NCBI GenBank assembly: GCA_031409335.1
Contig: JANNWY010000021.1
Span: 1-47,274, forward strand
DNA length: 47,274 nucleotides
Direction of reading: 5' to 3'
Origin: Chthoniobacteraceae bacterium
Lineage (GTDB): Bacteria; Verrucomicrobiota; Verrucomicrobiia; Chthoniobacterales; Chthoniobacteraceae
Part shown: positions 9,795 to 21,289 of the stretch, piece by piece
Position numbering within the stretch: the stretch's first letter is position 1
How the letters are laid out: each line of letters starts with the position of its first letter
Position numbers and translations under genes: made by a program
Notes under the pieces: generated by a model
Told to the model about the DNA's origin: nothing
The model's database searches: none
Seen by the model: only the letters and a program-made list of their open reading frames with translations

Positions 9795-12700
9795 CTATTG
9801 CACGAGCACGCGATAGAACGTCCGGCCAGGTCCGGGCGCGGGGTCGATGACGATCAGTTCGGTGCCGGTCGCGACTTGCGCGGATCCGAGGTTCAGCCAG
9901 GCCGAAAAATCAATCGTGCGCTGGAGCGTGTAGGTGCGCCCTGGCGTGGTGGTGAATCGGATCTCCGCGCCGCCGGGCACGAAGACCGGCGGCGTGACGA
10001 GCGTGAGCACATTGGCCGCGCCGGGCGTGGGCAGCGTGAGATCGAGCACTGGCGCGGCTCCGTCGGGGAAGCGGCCCTGCGCGTCGTTGCGCGTCTGCCG
10101 GCCAAAGGTGACGAGATCGCTGACCTGTCCGGTGGGCGCGATAAGCTGGATCGAGTCCCCGTTGTTGTTGAGTTGGAAAGGAACGTGCAGTGCGCTGCCG
10201 GGGCCGGGCGACGCTGGATTCTGCACGGGCTCATTGTCCGCCCAGACGAGCAGGTAGCCGCCGGCGGGAATGCTCCAGCCATTCGGCACGATGAAGGGCG
10301 ACGGCGAACCGGGTTCGTCGGTCAGCTTCCAGCCGGCGAGATTCACCGCGACGGCGGTGGGATTGTGGATCTCGAACCAGTCGTCGCTGTCGCCGAACTC
10401 GTCGAAAAATGCGCCGTTGTTTTCCGCGAGCCATTCATTGATCCGCAGCACCGGGCCGGTCGGGTCGAAGGGATTGTTGACCGTGAGCGAAGAGGTCGCA
10501 CCGACGACGACCGCGCCGTTGAAGTCGATGCCGCGGATGGTCAGCAGGTTGCTCCCCGCCGCGAGCGGCACGACGACACGCCAGGCGGTATTCGACGACC
10601 ACACCGGCGTGTAGAGCTGCCCGTTCACCTCGATGAAAACGATCGCGACGCGCGCCGTGCCGGTGATCGCCACGGTGCTGTCGGCGGCCACGGCTCCGGC
10701 GAAGGTGAGGAAGTTCGTGGTCGTCGGGAGCTGGCTCAGGACGAAGCTCGCGCGCGCGCCGATGTAGGCCAGCGTGCTGGAAAAATCCTGACCCGCGACC
10801 GCGCCGTAGTGCTGCGTCCACCGCGTCATGTAGCCGGTGTTAAAACTCTTCTGGATGAGATCGAAGAGGTGCGCGTAGTAACGCCGCGTGAGGTCCGGGC
10901 TGGTCGTGACCACCTTCGCCAGATTGCCGCCGCCGAGCAGCGAGGCATTCGTGGCGCGCTGAAACGACGAGTCCCAATCCCATGGCAGATAGAGCGCGCG
11001 CCCGTCGTTCGGGCGGAGGTAAAAGCGAAAGTTGTGAATGTTCGAGCCGGTGTAAGCGGCATCGGCGGGGCCGACGAGCGACTGGTAGGCGAGCGTGCGC
11101 AGCCATTCCTCGACATCGAGCCGGAGCGCGGCATTGGCGGCGAAGGTCGCGCCGGTCTGGCTGAAGAGTTTCTCCAGCGCGACGAGCCCGGCGAAGTTGT
11201 CCGCGTCGCGATTCATGAGCTGGAGCGCGGTCCAGCGGTACGCCTCCTTGTCGTTGCCGTAGTCCTGCACTTCCAGATTCGCGAAGCCGGTCCCGCCGCC
11301 TTCGTTGCCCGGCAGCTTCGGCGACTCGGGATTGCCGTCGGTCGTGTTGAGATTCCAGCGGATGACCTCGAACTCGAACATCTGCCCGTCGGTGCCATTC
11401 TGGAATTGCGTGTCGAGATACTCCTCGTCGAAACCGGCCAGACGCAGCGAGGCATTCGAGGTGTAGGTGCCGAGCGGATGGATGAAGCGCGCGAGATCGT
11501 CGTACATGCTCGGGACACCGCCCGCGGCGACGGCGACTTGCTTCGCAATGATCTCGCCAACGCTGATCGCGACGTGCTGCGAGCGATCGACGGCCACTTT
11601 ATCGAGCACGCCGCGGAAGAGCTGATCCGGCCCGAAGGCCACGGTGAAGCCGACGCGCCCGACGTTGCGCCCGACGAAGCTGCCCTTCAGCCGCGCGCCC
11701 ACATCGTAATACACCTCGCGCTCGCCGACGATGATCGTCGCGCCGAGGAATTCGTTGCTGAGCGTGTTGACCGGCGTGTGGAGGAAGGTGGTGTCCGCAT
11801 TCGTCATGACGAGGCGGAAACCGGGCAGCGCGGGCGCGGTCTGGCCGTCCTGCACGACGTAGAGCGCGCGCGACGCCGGGCCGCGCGCCGGGAAGGTGCT
11901 CACCGCTGCGAGCGGGTCGCGGCCTTCGACATAAAACTGCACGAGCGTCGCCGCGCCGAAGCCGGGCACGACGGCGGAAAACTTTGCGCCGTCGGGGCTC
12001 GTCATCGGCACCGTCTGCCAAACGCCACCGGCGGCGGAATACTTCAAGTCGAGCGCCTGGATGCCATCGCTGTCGGCGGCCTGCACGGAGACGGTGACGG
12101 GTTCGCCGGGCGCGGGGATCGTCGGCGAATGTGCGAGCGCGGCATAGGTCGGGCCGGCGTTGGCGATGGCGCGGGAATTGGGCGCGCCGGGGGTGCCGCC
12201 GTTCGCCACGACATCGAGGACGTGGGTGCGCGGGAGGCGGTTGAAATAGAGCCGCGTGTTCAGCCGCCCACCACCCGCGAGCCAGCGCACGCGCAGCGAG
12301 TTTTCGTACACGCGGTTCGCGACGAGCGCCTGATTGCCAAGAAAGGTCGTCTCGATCTGATTGCCCTGATATTCCCCAGCCCCGCTGGCGATCAAGTGCA
12401 GGACTTGATTCCCCGGCGCTCCTGGCTCCGGTTCCACGCGCGAAGCGCGATGATTGCCCAGGAACCGCCACTTCGACGCCCCGGCATCGAAGCCGCCATT
12501 TTGCATGAGATTCGCGCTCGTCACGGTGTCGGTCACGCGCACGTCGTCGATGAGACATTCGCCGGGCCCGTCCACGAGCAGGAGATTCAGCTCGCGCCAG
12601 ATCGTCGGCTCGCCGGATTGCGAAGGGACGTTCGGGCCGCTCCACGTGAAAGTCTGCCAGCCAGCCTTCGCGCTCTCATCGCTCGCTGCCCACGCCTCAG

Positions 12701-15349
12701 GCTTCGCGTTGTCGGAATCAGGATCGCGCAGCTCCAGACTCGATCCGCGACCGTCGGAGAATTCCGGCCAGCGTCCGCCGCCGGCGTAGCGCACTTCATC
12801 CGCGCGATTGCCCACCACATCGCGCAGCCGCACGCGTTCGGAGCGCCCGGTGAGATTTCCCGACCAGGGACCGAAAACATGCGTCGCGGGAAGCCCGTGG
12901 ACGGCCATCACTCCCGCGGGATCTTCCGCCACGACGACATAGCCGCCCGGCGGCAGCGACGCTCCGGCCGGGAAGGTGAAGCTCACCCCGTCGGTGAACG
13001 CCCAACCCGCGAGCGGCACGGCAGCACCGCTCTTGTTGTGCAGCTCGATCCATTTCCCCGCGCGCGGAGTGGCCGGTGGAAAGTAGGCCGCGTGCGGCGG
13101 ATCGAACATGATCTCGCTGATCACCACCGCCGTGCTCAACGCCACCTGATTCGCCGCGCCCGGCGTCAGCGCGACGGGGCGCAGCCATTCCCCCGTCCCA
13201 TCCGGCGAGCGGCTGCGCGGCGTCCCTTTCACCTCGAAGGAATCGAGCACCGTCGTCCCGTCCGGGGCGAGGAGCAGCACGCGGTCGCCGGAATTCAGCG
13301 CGAGCGCGATCTGCTGAAAGCCGCCCGCCGCCACGCTCTGCGCCGGAACCGCGCTGGCGACGGCCCCGGTCGCGGTCACGCGCACGATCGTCAGCCCGCT
13401 GCTGTTCGAGGCGGTGCCGAGATTCATGATCTCGATGCCGGTGGTGGAAATTTCGTTCAGCAGAAAAGTCGGCGAGGCCTCGGTGGGCAGCGTTTCGTGG
13501 CGATCATTTCCGCGGCGAAGACCGCGTCTATCGTATCCGCGCCGCCCGCACTCGGCGCGAACGCCGCGTTGTAATGCTGCGTGATTTCGCCCGGCGAGAG
13601 CGCGCGATTGAAGACCGCGACCTCGTCCACGGTGCCGCTGAAATTCAGATCGTAGGCGGAGCTTCCCGAGTTCTTCCGCGCGCCGATGCTGATCTCGTGC
13701 GTCGTGCTAATCAGCGTTGACGGCGGAGCCGCCGAGGCCACCTGCGCGCCATTCACATAGAGCCGCATGATCCCACCCGCTTGATCGAAGACCGCCACGA
13801 CATGCTGCCAGGAGTTGTTCGGCGCCACCGAAGACTGCGCCGCCGTCGCCGCGTTCGGGCTTCCGCCATTCCACAGAAAGAAGCGGTAATTTCCACCGGC
13901 GACATCGACGCAGAACTGCTCGCCGCCACCGCCCGTCCCTTTGCAAAAGACCGCCGCACCCGACTCCTGCCCGCCGCCACCTTTCACCCACGCCGAGACG
14001 GTAAATTTTTTCAGCGTGGAGAAATTGAAAACGCCCGGATCGGGGAAAGTCGCCGCGTCATTGCCGCCGTCGCCGTTGCCCTGAAAGGCGGGCGCGGCAT
14101 TCCCCGCCTCAAAGCCAGTGAGCGGCTGGCCGCCGATCGTGTCCGCAGGCCGCGGTCCGGCGTTCGCGAGACTCCCCGCGGCGAGGCCCTGCAGCGTCCC
14201 GTTTTGATCTCCCTGCTCCGGCGCGCCCGCGACATTGGCGAGGTCCGAAGCCGCGCCGACCGCGGTGGAAGTTTCATCGAGCCGCCAATAGGCGAGCGGC
14301 CCGGAAACCAGCACCGCAGCGGGATAAGCGGGCAGCGCCCCGGCCTGATGCAGCTCGGCAGCGAGCACGTTGCCGCTCGGCTGGAGGAGCGCGGCGGGCA
14401 CGGCGAAGTCGCGCCAGATGGGCGCGCCGCGCCGCGGATTTGTGGCCAGCGTCGTGGCGGTGGCGGCGGGGGCAAGATTCGCGCGGACGATTTCCGCGCC
14501 GTTGAGGAAAACCGCGGAGCCATCGTCGATCAGCAGACGGAGATTGAGTTGGGTGAAAGCTGCCTGTCCGCCGAATCCAAACGTGCGGCGGAAATAGTAA
14601 GTCACTGGTCCAGCGGGCAGCGCGGTATTCGCGAGTGCCGGAGTCGGCAGCGGATCGGAGCCAAGCTGGAACGCGGCATTGCCCGCCGACCAGCCCACTT
14701 CACTCGCGAGCGGCTGCCGCCACGCAGTGCCGAGATCCGCCCCGTCCGCGCGAAAGACCCATGCACCATTCGTATCGAGCAGCGTGCTCATCGTCGCCGG
14801 TTGGAAGGCGGGGAAATTTTCCGCGCCGAGGGTGCCACCGAGCCGCGCGCTCGTCCGCCACGAGACCGCTTCCTCGGTGTCGAAATTCACGCCCCGCTTC
14901 GCCAGCGATGCCCCGCCGCCATCCGGCCCGCTCGGCCAGTCACCGCTCGTGCCATAGGTCACCTCATCCATCACCCGCCCGTCCCGGTTGCGCAGCCGCA
15001 AGTTTTCTCCGCCGTTGTCGAGCTTGCCCGACCAGGGCCCCAGCGCGCCCGAAAAGCCCAGCGCCACAGGATTCGCGGCGATCACCAGATGCGCACCCGC
15101 CGGCAGGATGGTGCCGGCGGCGAAGGTGTAATTGACGCCGCCAGTGATCTCCCAGCCGCTCATTTCGATATCCACCGCCATCTGATTGCGCAGCTCGATC
15201 CACTCCAGCGCCTCCTCCGCCGCGGCATTCGGAGCCGCCGGGTGATACATGATTTCGTTAAAGACAACGACGACATCCGCGCGCGCGAACAAACCAAAGA
15301 CCAGCAGTGATATCGCGCAAAGCAGCGCGGTGGATGGACGGGGGTTCAT
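9795..15349 (-). CDS. Large secreted lamin-tail-domain/LamG/CotH-kinase protein (~1850 aa), split by a 1-bp frameshift near 13496
   Basis: LTD motifs FNEIMYHP/ISEIMFDP/INEWLAEN, LamG (WQHVVAV, FSGTVDEVAVFNRAL), CotH (HNFRFY, LPWDWD). ORFs 13457..15349 and 9795..13427 join if one G is restored. Confidence 0.85.
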
Positions 15350-15474
15350 GCGTAAACGCTAGCTGGGGACGCACGAAACGCACGAAGCGAATTCCGCCGA
15401 CGAAGACTCGCGATGGACAAAGTCCTTGCTTTCCCTCAGCAATTTTCCCAGCCTATTCAGACCGATAACCCCCT

Positions 15475-16467
15475 ATGAAAACTCCATCATCCTCCATGAA
15501 CTCCCTCCGTCTCTCCACCGCGCTCCTCATCCTGAACAGCGCGATCGCCACCGCCTCCATTCTTCCCTCGCCCATCGCCACCGGCAGTGCCCCGCCCTTC
15601 AATCCGAGCTTCGCCGCGGCCAACACCGTGGACAATACCGAGCTCGAATACGCCTAGGCGAGTCAGGGCACGAACACCTTCCTCGAATATAGCTTCGGCT
15701 CTGCGCAATCCTTCGACAGCATCGTCGTCATCAATCGCGACAGCGGCGGCATGAGCGACCTGATCGGCAACTTCACGCTCACTCTCGACGGCCTGGCCAC
15801 GGTCTCGGTCCTGCGCACGCCGGAGCGCGGCGCGAGCCTCGTGCATTCGCTCGGCGGACTCTTCACCGCGACCTCGGTCCGCCTTGATGTCGATACGATC
15901 GGCATCGGCGACAGCTTCAACAACACCGGCGCGATGGAGGTGCTCTTCGTCCGCAAGCCGACGGGACAGACGCCCGTCGCAGCGGGTATCTTTGATTCGG
16001 CACCTGCCTTCAATGGCTTCTTCGCCGCCAACAACTCGATCGACGGCGTGGTCGGCCGCAGCAGCGACGGCGTCGATGGCCCGGAATACGCCTCGGCCAG
16101 CCTCGGCGCGGGCACCTTTGTCGATTTCGACCTTGGCCTGGAAATGCTCGTGGGCGGCTTCGATTTCTTCGACCGCCTCGCCGATGAGGATCGCACCACC
16201 GGCTTCGACCTGATCTTCAGCACCGATCCCATCTTTGGCGATGTCGGCGATGTCGTGCGGTCCTATGGAAACACGGGCGTCGGCACGAGCGATGTCTTTG
16301 CGGGAATTTCGGCGCGTTTTGTCCGCTACGATGTCACCTCGAATCTGGGCGGTGCCGCAGCCAATACCGGCATCAGCGAGCTCACGTTCTATCAAGTGCC
16401 CGAGCCCTCGACCGTCGCACTGCTCAGCCTCGGCCTGCTCACCGCGGCCCGTCGGCGGCGGGCCTGA
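15475..16467 (+). pseudogene. PEP-CTERM surface protein with two discoidin-like repeats and an in-frame TAG at 15655-15657
   Basis: Signal peptide. ORFs 15475 and 15751 are in the same frame. C-terminus is VPEPSTVALLSLGLLTAARRRRA. Confidence 0.85.
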
Positions 16468-16607
16468 TTCCGAGAGCGGCCCGGACGCTTTTCACTCCGG
16501 CGGCCAGACGACGATGCGCATCCATTGCGCCGTTTCTCCCCGTGCTTCGGGAACGCTAATGCTTCGCCATCGCGGCGGTTCTTTAGATTCTGACACCACC
16601 CATCCCG

Positions 16608-19250
16608 ATGCGCCTTCTCGCCTTTTTCGCCCTCACCGCCTCACTCCTCTCCGCCGAAACTCCGCAGGATTACCGCTTCAAAGTGGAGACGCTTTTCGAG
16701 GGGATGCCGCAGCCGATGGAACTCGAGATCGCGCCGGATGGACGGATCTTTTTCAACGAGTTCGGCGGAAAGCTGAAGCTCTGGCAACCGGAGACGAAGC
16801 AGATCGTGGAGGCGGGGAAAATCGAGGTGACGACCGAGCAGGAGAATGGCTTCCTCGGCTTCGCGCTCGATCCGAAGTTTGCGGAGAACGGGTGGATTTA
16901 CTGCCTCTACTCGCCCAAGGGATTTTCCGGCCAGCACCTCAGCCGGTTCACGATGAAGGGCGATACGCTCGAACTGGCAAGCGAGAAGCTGCTGCTGAAA
17001 TTTGAGGAGCAGCGGAAGGAATGCTGTCATCACGGCGCGTCGGTGGAATTCGGGCCGGATGGCTGCCTGTATTTTTCCGTCGGCGACAACACGCATCCGC
17101 ACGCCGACTCAAATGGCTTCGCGCCGATCGATGAGCGCGAGGGCCGGGCGCCGTGGGACGCGCAAAAATCGGCGGCGAACACGAACACGTTGTCGGGAAA
17201 AATCTCGCGCATTCGCCCGAAAGCGGATGGCACTTACGACATCCCGCCGGGGAATCTTTTCCCGCCCGGAACGCCGCAGACCAAGCCGGAAATTTTCGCG
17301 ATGGGCTTGCGCAATCCGTGGCGAATGTCGATCGACCAGAAGACGGGATTTGTCTATTGGGGCGAGGTCGGGCCGGATGCGGGCGACGACGGGCCGCGCG
17401 GGCCGCGCGGCTACGATGAGATCAATCAGGCGAAGCGCGCGGGTAATTTCGGCTGGCCGTATTTCATCGGGAATAACTTCGCGTACTTCGACTACGACTA
17501 CGCCACGAAGACGCTCGGCAAGCAGTTCGACCCGCTGCACCCGATCAACGAAGGACCGAACAACTCCGGCCTGCGCGAACTGCCGCCTGCGACGCCAGCG
17601 CTGATCTATTGGCCGTATCGCGGGCCGCGTGAATTTAAGGAGATGGGCGAAGGCGGTCGCACGGCGTGCGCGGGTCCGGTTTATTACAGCGGCGCGGATG
17701 TCGGGAAAACGAACGGCTTCCCGGCGCACTTCGATCGCTGCCTGTTGTTTTGGGATTGGGAGCGGCCCGCGCTGAAATGGGCGCGGCTCGATGCCGACTC
17801 GAACTTGGTCGGCATTGAGCCGTTCACGATCACGGTCGTGCTCGGCAACAAGCCCGAGCAGATCGACAAACTGAAACCGGCAATCACCGCAGGCGCGACG
17901 TTGCTGAAGCGGCCGGTCGATGCGGTCTTTGGAAAAGATGGCTGCCTTTACCTGCTCGACTACGGCGAGACGTGGGGCGCGAACAAGGATTCGAAGCTCG
18001 TGAAGATCAGCTACGTGCGCGGCAACCTGGCGCCGGTCGCAGTCGCTGCGGCGAAAAATGCCGCGGGCCGCGAGCCGTTGATGGTCAGCCTTTCGAGCGC
18101 GGGCTCGAAAGATCACGAAGGCGATGCGCTGAAGTTCGCGTGGCGTTTGCAACCGGGCGGCGCGGTCGTTTCCACGGAAGCGAATCCGCAGATCACGATC
18201 AAGGAACCCGGCAACTACATTGCGGAATTGCGCGTGACCGACGCGCAAGGGGCGAGCGGCGCGGCGAGTTTTCCGCTCATCGTCGGGAATAGCGCGCCGG
18301 AGGTGAAATTCGCGAGCCCGCAGGACGGCGACTTTTTCACGCCCGGACAGCCGGTGAAGTATGCGATCGCCGTGCAAGATGCCGAAGACGGTGCCTCGTC
18401 CGCAAAGCCCGAAGAATTCGGTGTCCGCACACTCGTCAGCAGCGCATTTGTCCGCGCCGATGGAAAGGAAGCCGCAAGCGAACCCGGGTTCGCATTGATG
18501 AAATCGAGCGACTGTTTTAACTGCCATGCGATCGAGCAAAAGGTCGTCGGCCCGGCGCTCGTCGAGATCGCCGAAAAGTATCGCGGCCAGGCTGGCGCGC
18601 TCGATGCGAGCGTGAAGCGCGTGCGCGAAGGCAGCACGAAAATCTGGGGCGAAATCCCGATGCTCCCACATCCGCAGCACACCACGGATGAAGTGACAAT
18701 CATGCTGCGCTGGGTCTTCGCGATCGAGAAGGGCAAGGGCGGGCCGACGCTCATGCGCGGCCTCGTCGGCGAAATCGTCGCGCCGAAAGTGGACAAGGCC
18801 GGAGCGTTCGTCCTCGAAGCCACCTACACCGACACGGGTCGCGCGCCTGCGGGATCGCTCAGTGGCAAGGCGAGCGCGAAGCTGCGCCCACGCCGGCTCG
18901 AAGCGGAAGCCGCGGAAATCAATGGCGCGAAGAATCTCGGAAGCTGCGTCGGTGCGATCGACCACGGGCATCACGTGAAATTTGCCGGGGTGAATCTCGC
19001 CGAAGTCGCCGCGGTTACCGCGCGCGCAAGTTCGGGAAATGTCGGCGGCAAGATCGAGTTCCGCGCCGGTTCGCCGAGCGGCGACTTACTGGGCTCGGTC
19101 GAAGTGCCGAACACTGGCGGCTGGGACAAATGGATCGAGCCCAAGATGCCGCTGAGTGCGCAAACTCGTTCCGACGTTTACGCCGTCTTTATCAATCCTG
19201 GCAAAGGCGGGTTGCTGAATCTGGATTGGGTGCAGTTTGACGCGAAGTAG
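16608..19250 (+). CDS. PQQ-dependent sugar (glucose/sorbosone-type) dehydrogenase with PKD, cytochrome c and CBM6-like domains
   Basis: ECCHHG, GLRNPWR, GNFGWPY, PKD-like segment, CFNCH heme motif, VPNTGGWDKW...NLDWVQF CBM6-like end. Confidence 0.88.
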   Translation: MRLLAFFALTASLLSAETPQDYRFKVETLFEGMPQPMELEIAPDGRIFFNEFGGKLKLWQPETKQIVEAGKIEVTTEQENGFLGFALDPKFAENGWIYCLYSPKGFSGQHLSRFTMKGDTLELASEKLLLKFEEQRKECCHHGASVEFGPDGCLYFSVGDNTHPHADSNGFAPIDEREGRAPWDAQKSAANTNTLSGKISRIRPKADGTYDIPPGNLFPPGTPQTKPEIFAMGLRNPWRMSIDQKTGFVYWGEVGPDAGDDGPRGPRGYDEINQAKRAGNFGWPYFIGNNFAYFDYDYATKTLGKQFDPLHPINEGPNNSGLRELPPATPALIYWPYRGPREFKEMGEGGRTACAGPVYYSGADVGKTNGFPAHFDRCLLFWDWERPALKWARLDADSNLVGIEPFTITVVLGNKPEQIDKLKPAITAGATLLKRPVDAVFGKDGCLYLLDYGETWGANKDSKLVKISYVRGNLAPVAVAAAKNAAGREPLMVSLSSAGSKDHEGDALKFAWRLQPGGAVVSTEANPQITIKEPGNYIAELRVTDAQGASGAASFPLIVGNSAPEVKFASPQDGDFFTPGQPVKYAIAVQDAEDGASSAKPEEFGVRTLVSSAFVRADGKEAASEPGFALMKSSDCFNCHAIEQKVVGPALVEIAEKYRGQAGALDASVKRVREGSTKIWGEIPMLPHPQHTTDEVTIMLRWVFAIEKGKGGPTLMRGLVGEIVAPKVDKAGAFVLEATYTDTGRAPAGSLSGKASAKLRPRRLEAEAAEINGAKNLGSCVGAIDHGHHVKFAGVNLAEVAAVTARASSGNVGGKIEFRAGSPSGDLLGSVEVPNTGGWDKWIEPKMPLSAQTRSDVYAVFINPGKGGLLNLDWVQFDAK

Positions 19251-19417
19251 CAACTCCGGCTCAGCGGGGGCGTCAGTCGTTTTTTTGTCAACATTTGGCC
19301 GACCCATCGATCGGGATCTCCGCGGCTGGAAGTGCAATTTATCGCTAACAATGCGAACATGCGGACGCTTCTTAAAGTGATCGCGACGACCGCCGAAACA
19401 CCCAAAACCGCCAGCCG

Positions 19418-20728
19418 ATGATTCCGACAACACGACGCCAATTTCTCCGCAGCCTCGGCCTCTCCGCCGCGGCGCTTCCGTTTCTGCCTGCGCTCCATCG
19501 CCTGCGCGCCGCCGAGGTGTCGCCCATTCAGCGCATCGTTTTTATGTTTTCGCCGAATGGCACGATCCCGCCGGATTTCTGGCCCGATCAGGTTGGGGAA
19601 GATTTTCAGCTCAAGCGAATCCTCGCGCCGCTGGAGCCGTTTAAGAATCGGCTGATGACGCTCAAGGGCATCGCCAACAAGATCCGGGGCGATGGCGATG
19701 GGCACATGCGCGGGATGAGTTGCCTGCTCACGGCGATCGAGCTGAACGCGGGAAATATCCAGGGTGGTAGCGACCGGCCTGCGGGCTGGGCGAAGGGCAT
19801 TTCGATCGATCAGGAGATTCGCAATTTTCTCCAATCGAAAAAGGAAACCGCCACGCGTTTCGGCTCGCTGGAATTCGGCGTGCAAGTCGGCAATCGCGCC
19901 GATCCGTGGACGCGCTGGACTTACGCGGGGAACAATCAACCTGTCGCGCCGGTCAACAGCCCGTACGAAATCTTCGACAAACTTTACGGTCAGGTGAAGG
20001 AGCGCGAGAACCTCGGCAGTGTGCTCGATGACGTGAGCGAGGATCTCAAATTGATCTCGAACAATCTCGGAAAAGACGAACGGCAGATGCTCGAAAAACA
20101 CGCGACGTTTGTCCGGCAGATGGAAACCGATCTCGCCGCGATGGCGGGCCAGACGCTCCGTTTTCCCGCGCCGAAACTCGAGCCCGGCGTGGAACTCGAC
20201 AACGACGGAATCCCGAAGATCAGCGAGATGCAGACCGATCTGCTCGTGAACGCCTTCGCGAACGATCTCGCGCGCGTCGCAACGCTCGAATTTAGCAACT
20301 CCGTCGGCCAATCGCGCATGCGCTGGCTCGGCATCAACGACGGCCATCACGGCCTTTCGCACGAGCCTGATACGAACAAGGACGCGCAGGAAAAGCTCGT
20401 GAAGATCAACACCTGGTTTGCCGAGCAACTTGCCGCGCTCGCGAAAAAATTGGACGCCATCCCCGAGCCCGGCGGCACCGGCACGATGCTCGACAACACG
20501 ACGATCATCTGGACGAACGAACTCGGCAAAGGCAACAGCCATTCCCACTCCGACATCCCGTTCGTCGCGCTCGGCGGCGGCCTTGGATTCAAAACCGGTA
20601 GCGCGCTGCAATTCGACAACATCGCCCACAACCGGCTCTGGCTCTCGATCGCGCACGCTTTCGGCAATCGCATCGAGACGTTCGGAAACAAGGATCACAG
20701 CCAGGGCGGCCCGCTCGCGCTCGCGTAG
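19418..20728 (+). CDS. DUF1552 (HXXSHH) family protein, second copy
   Basis: TRRQFLRSLG Tat signal, GISIDQ, HHGLSH, TMLDNT. Confidence 0.9.
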   Translation: MIPTTRRQFLRSLGLSAAALPFLPALHRLRAAEVSPIQRIVFMFSPNGTIPPDFWPDQVGEDFQLKRILAPLEPFKNRLMTLKGIANKIRGDGDGHMRGMSCLLTAIELNAGNIQGGSDRPAGWAKGISIDQEIRNFLQSKKETATRFGSLEFGVQVGNRADPWTRWTYAGNNQPVAPVNSPYEIFDKLYGQVKERENLGSVLDDVSEDLKLISNNLGKDERQMLEKHATFVRQMETDLAAMAGQTLRFPAPKLEPGVELDNDGIPKISEMQTDLLVNAFANDLARVATLEFSNSVGQSRMRWLGINDGHHGLSHEPDTNKDAQEKLVKINTWFAEQLAALAKKLDAIPEPGGTGTMLDNTTIIWTNELGKGNSHSHSDIPFVALGGGLGFKTGSALQFDNIAHNRLWLSIAHAFGNRIETFGNKDHSQGGPLALA

Positions 20729-20754
20729 GCGCGTCGTCGGGATCGGCGACTACA
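20725..20754. repeat. Short GTAG-type REP-like hairpin remnant
   Basis: Minus strand reads GTAGTCGCCGATCCCGACGAC, a GTAG overlapping an imperfect palindrome. Confidence 0.3.
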
Positions 20755-20955
20755 GACTCTGCTCTTTATCCGGTCCGCTAACCGGAGGTAGCGCTTCCAT
20801 TCATGGGACAGCGGTTTCGCGAACCGACTGCGGCGAGTTGGCCTTCCGTCATCGCCGTTGTGCTACGTTTAGTCCGCGTTCGGCGCGGGCAATGCCGATG
20901 CGGTATCGGATGGCAGTCTCGTGAATCGCTGAACGCAGGAGCCGCCGAGCGTGTA

Positions 20956-21255
20956 TGGCACTTCGACTGCGCGGAAGAAGAGGCTGGACGTCGAGGGCTG
21001 GACGATACCCGTGCCGAATGTCGCCTGTCCGTTTTGATCCGTCGCCCTAAAGGTGCTTCCAAGCCACTGGGGAGACGTGAGCGAATCGCTGGCCTGAAGC
21101 TTGAAGGTCAAGCCAGGCCAGCCCTTGCGATCGAGGGTGAAGGTGTTGCTGCCGGTGCGGTTGATGCTCAGGACGGGCACGGTGGACTTGCCTTCGCTCC
21201 CGGCGCCCCAGAGCGCCTGCACTTCGGCGGGGATGACGGCGTGACCGTATCGGGG
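20956..21255 (-). pseudogene. Remnant 3' end of a secreted protein (LamG-like tail plus C-terminal FFR domain)
   Basis: YGHAVIPAEVQALWGAGSEGK...FKLQASDSLTSPQW...SLFFRAVEVP, with no start or N-terminal region. Confidence 0.6.
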
Positions 21256-21289
21256 CGTCCCCATTTGCCGGCGAATCTGCGGCGACCTG

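Noticed and set aside
9798..13574. 1258-aa plus-strand ORF and other long antisense ORFs (e.g. 36201..39170, 17109..18974, 31395..33290, 43172..44911)
   Set aside because: Shadow frames of real genes in high-GC DNA. They are Arg/Ala-rich with no recognisable motifs.
15655..15657. Amber recoding or pyrrolysine
   Set aside because: TAG ends other genes here (e.g. 19250, 20728, 40459), and the internal repeat indicates a simple Ser codon change.
19255..19290. Intrinsic terminator after the dehydrogenase gene
   Set aside because: A T-run is present but the preceding stem is unconvincing.
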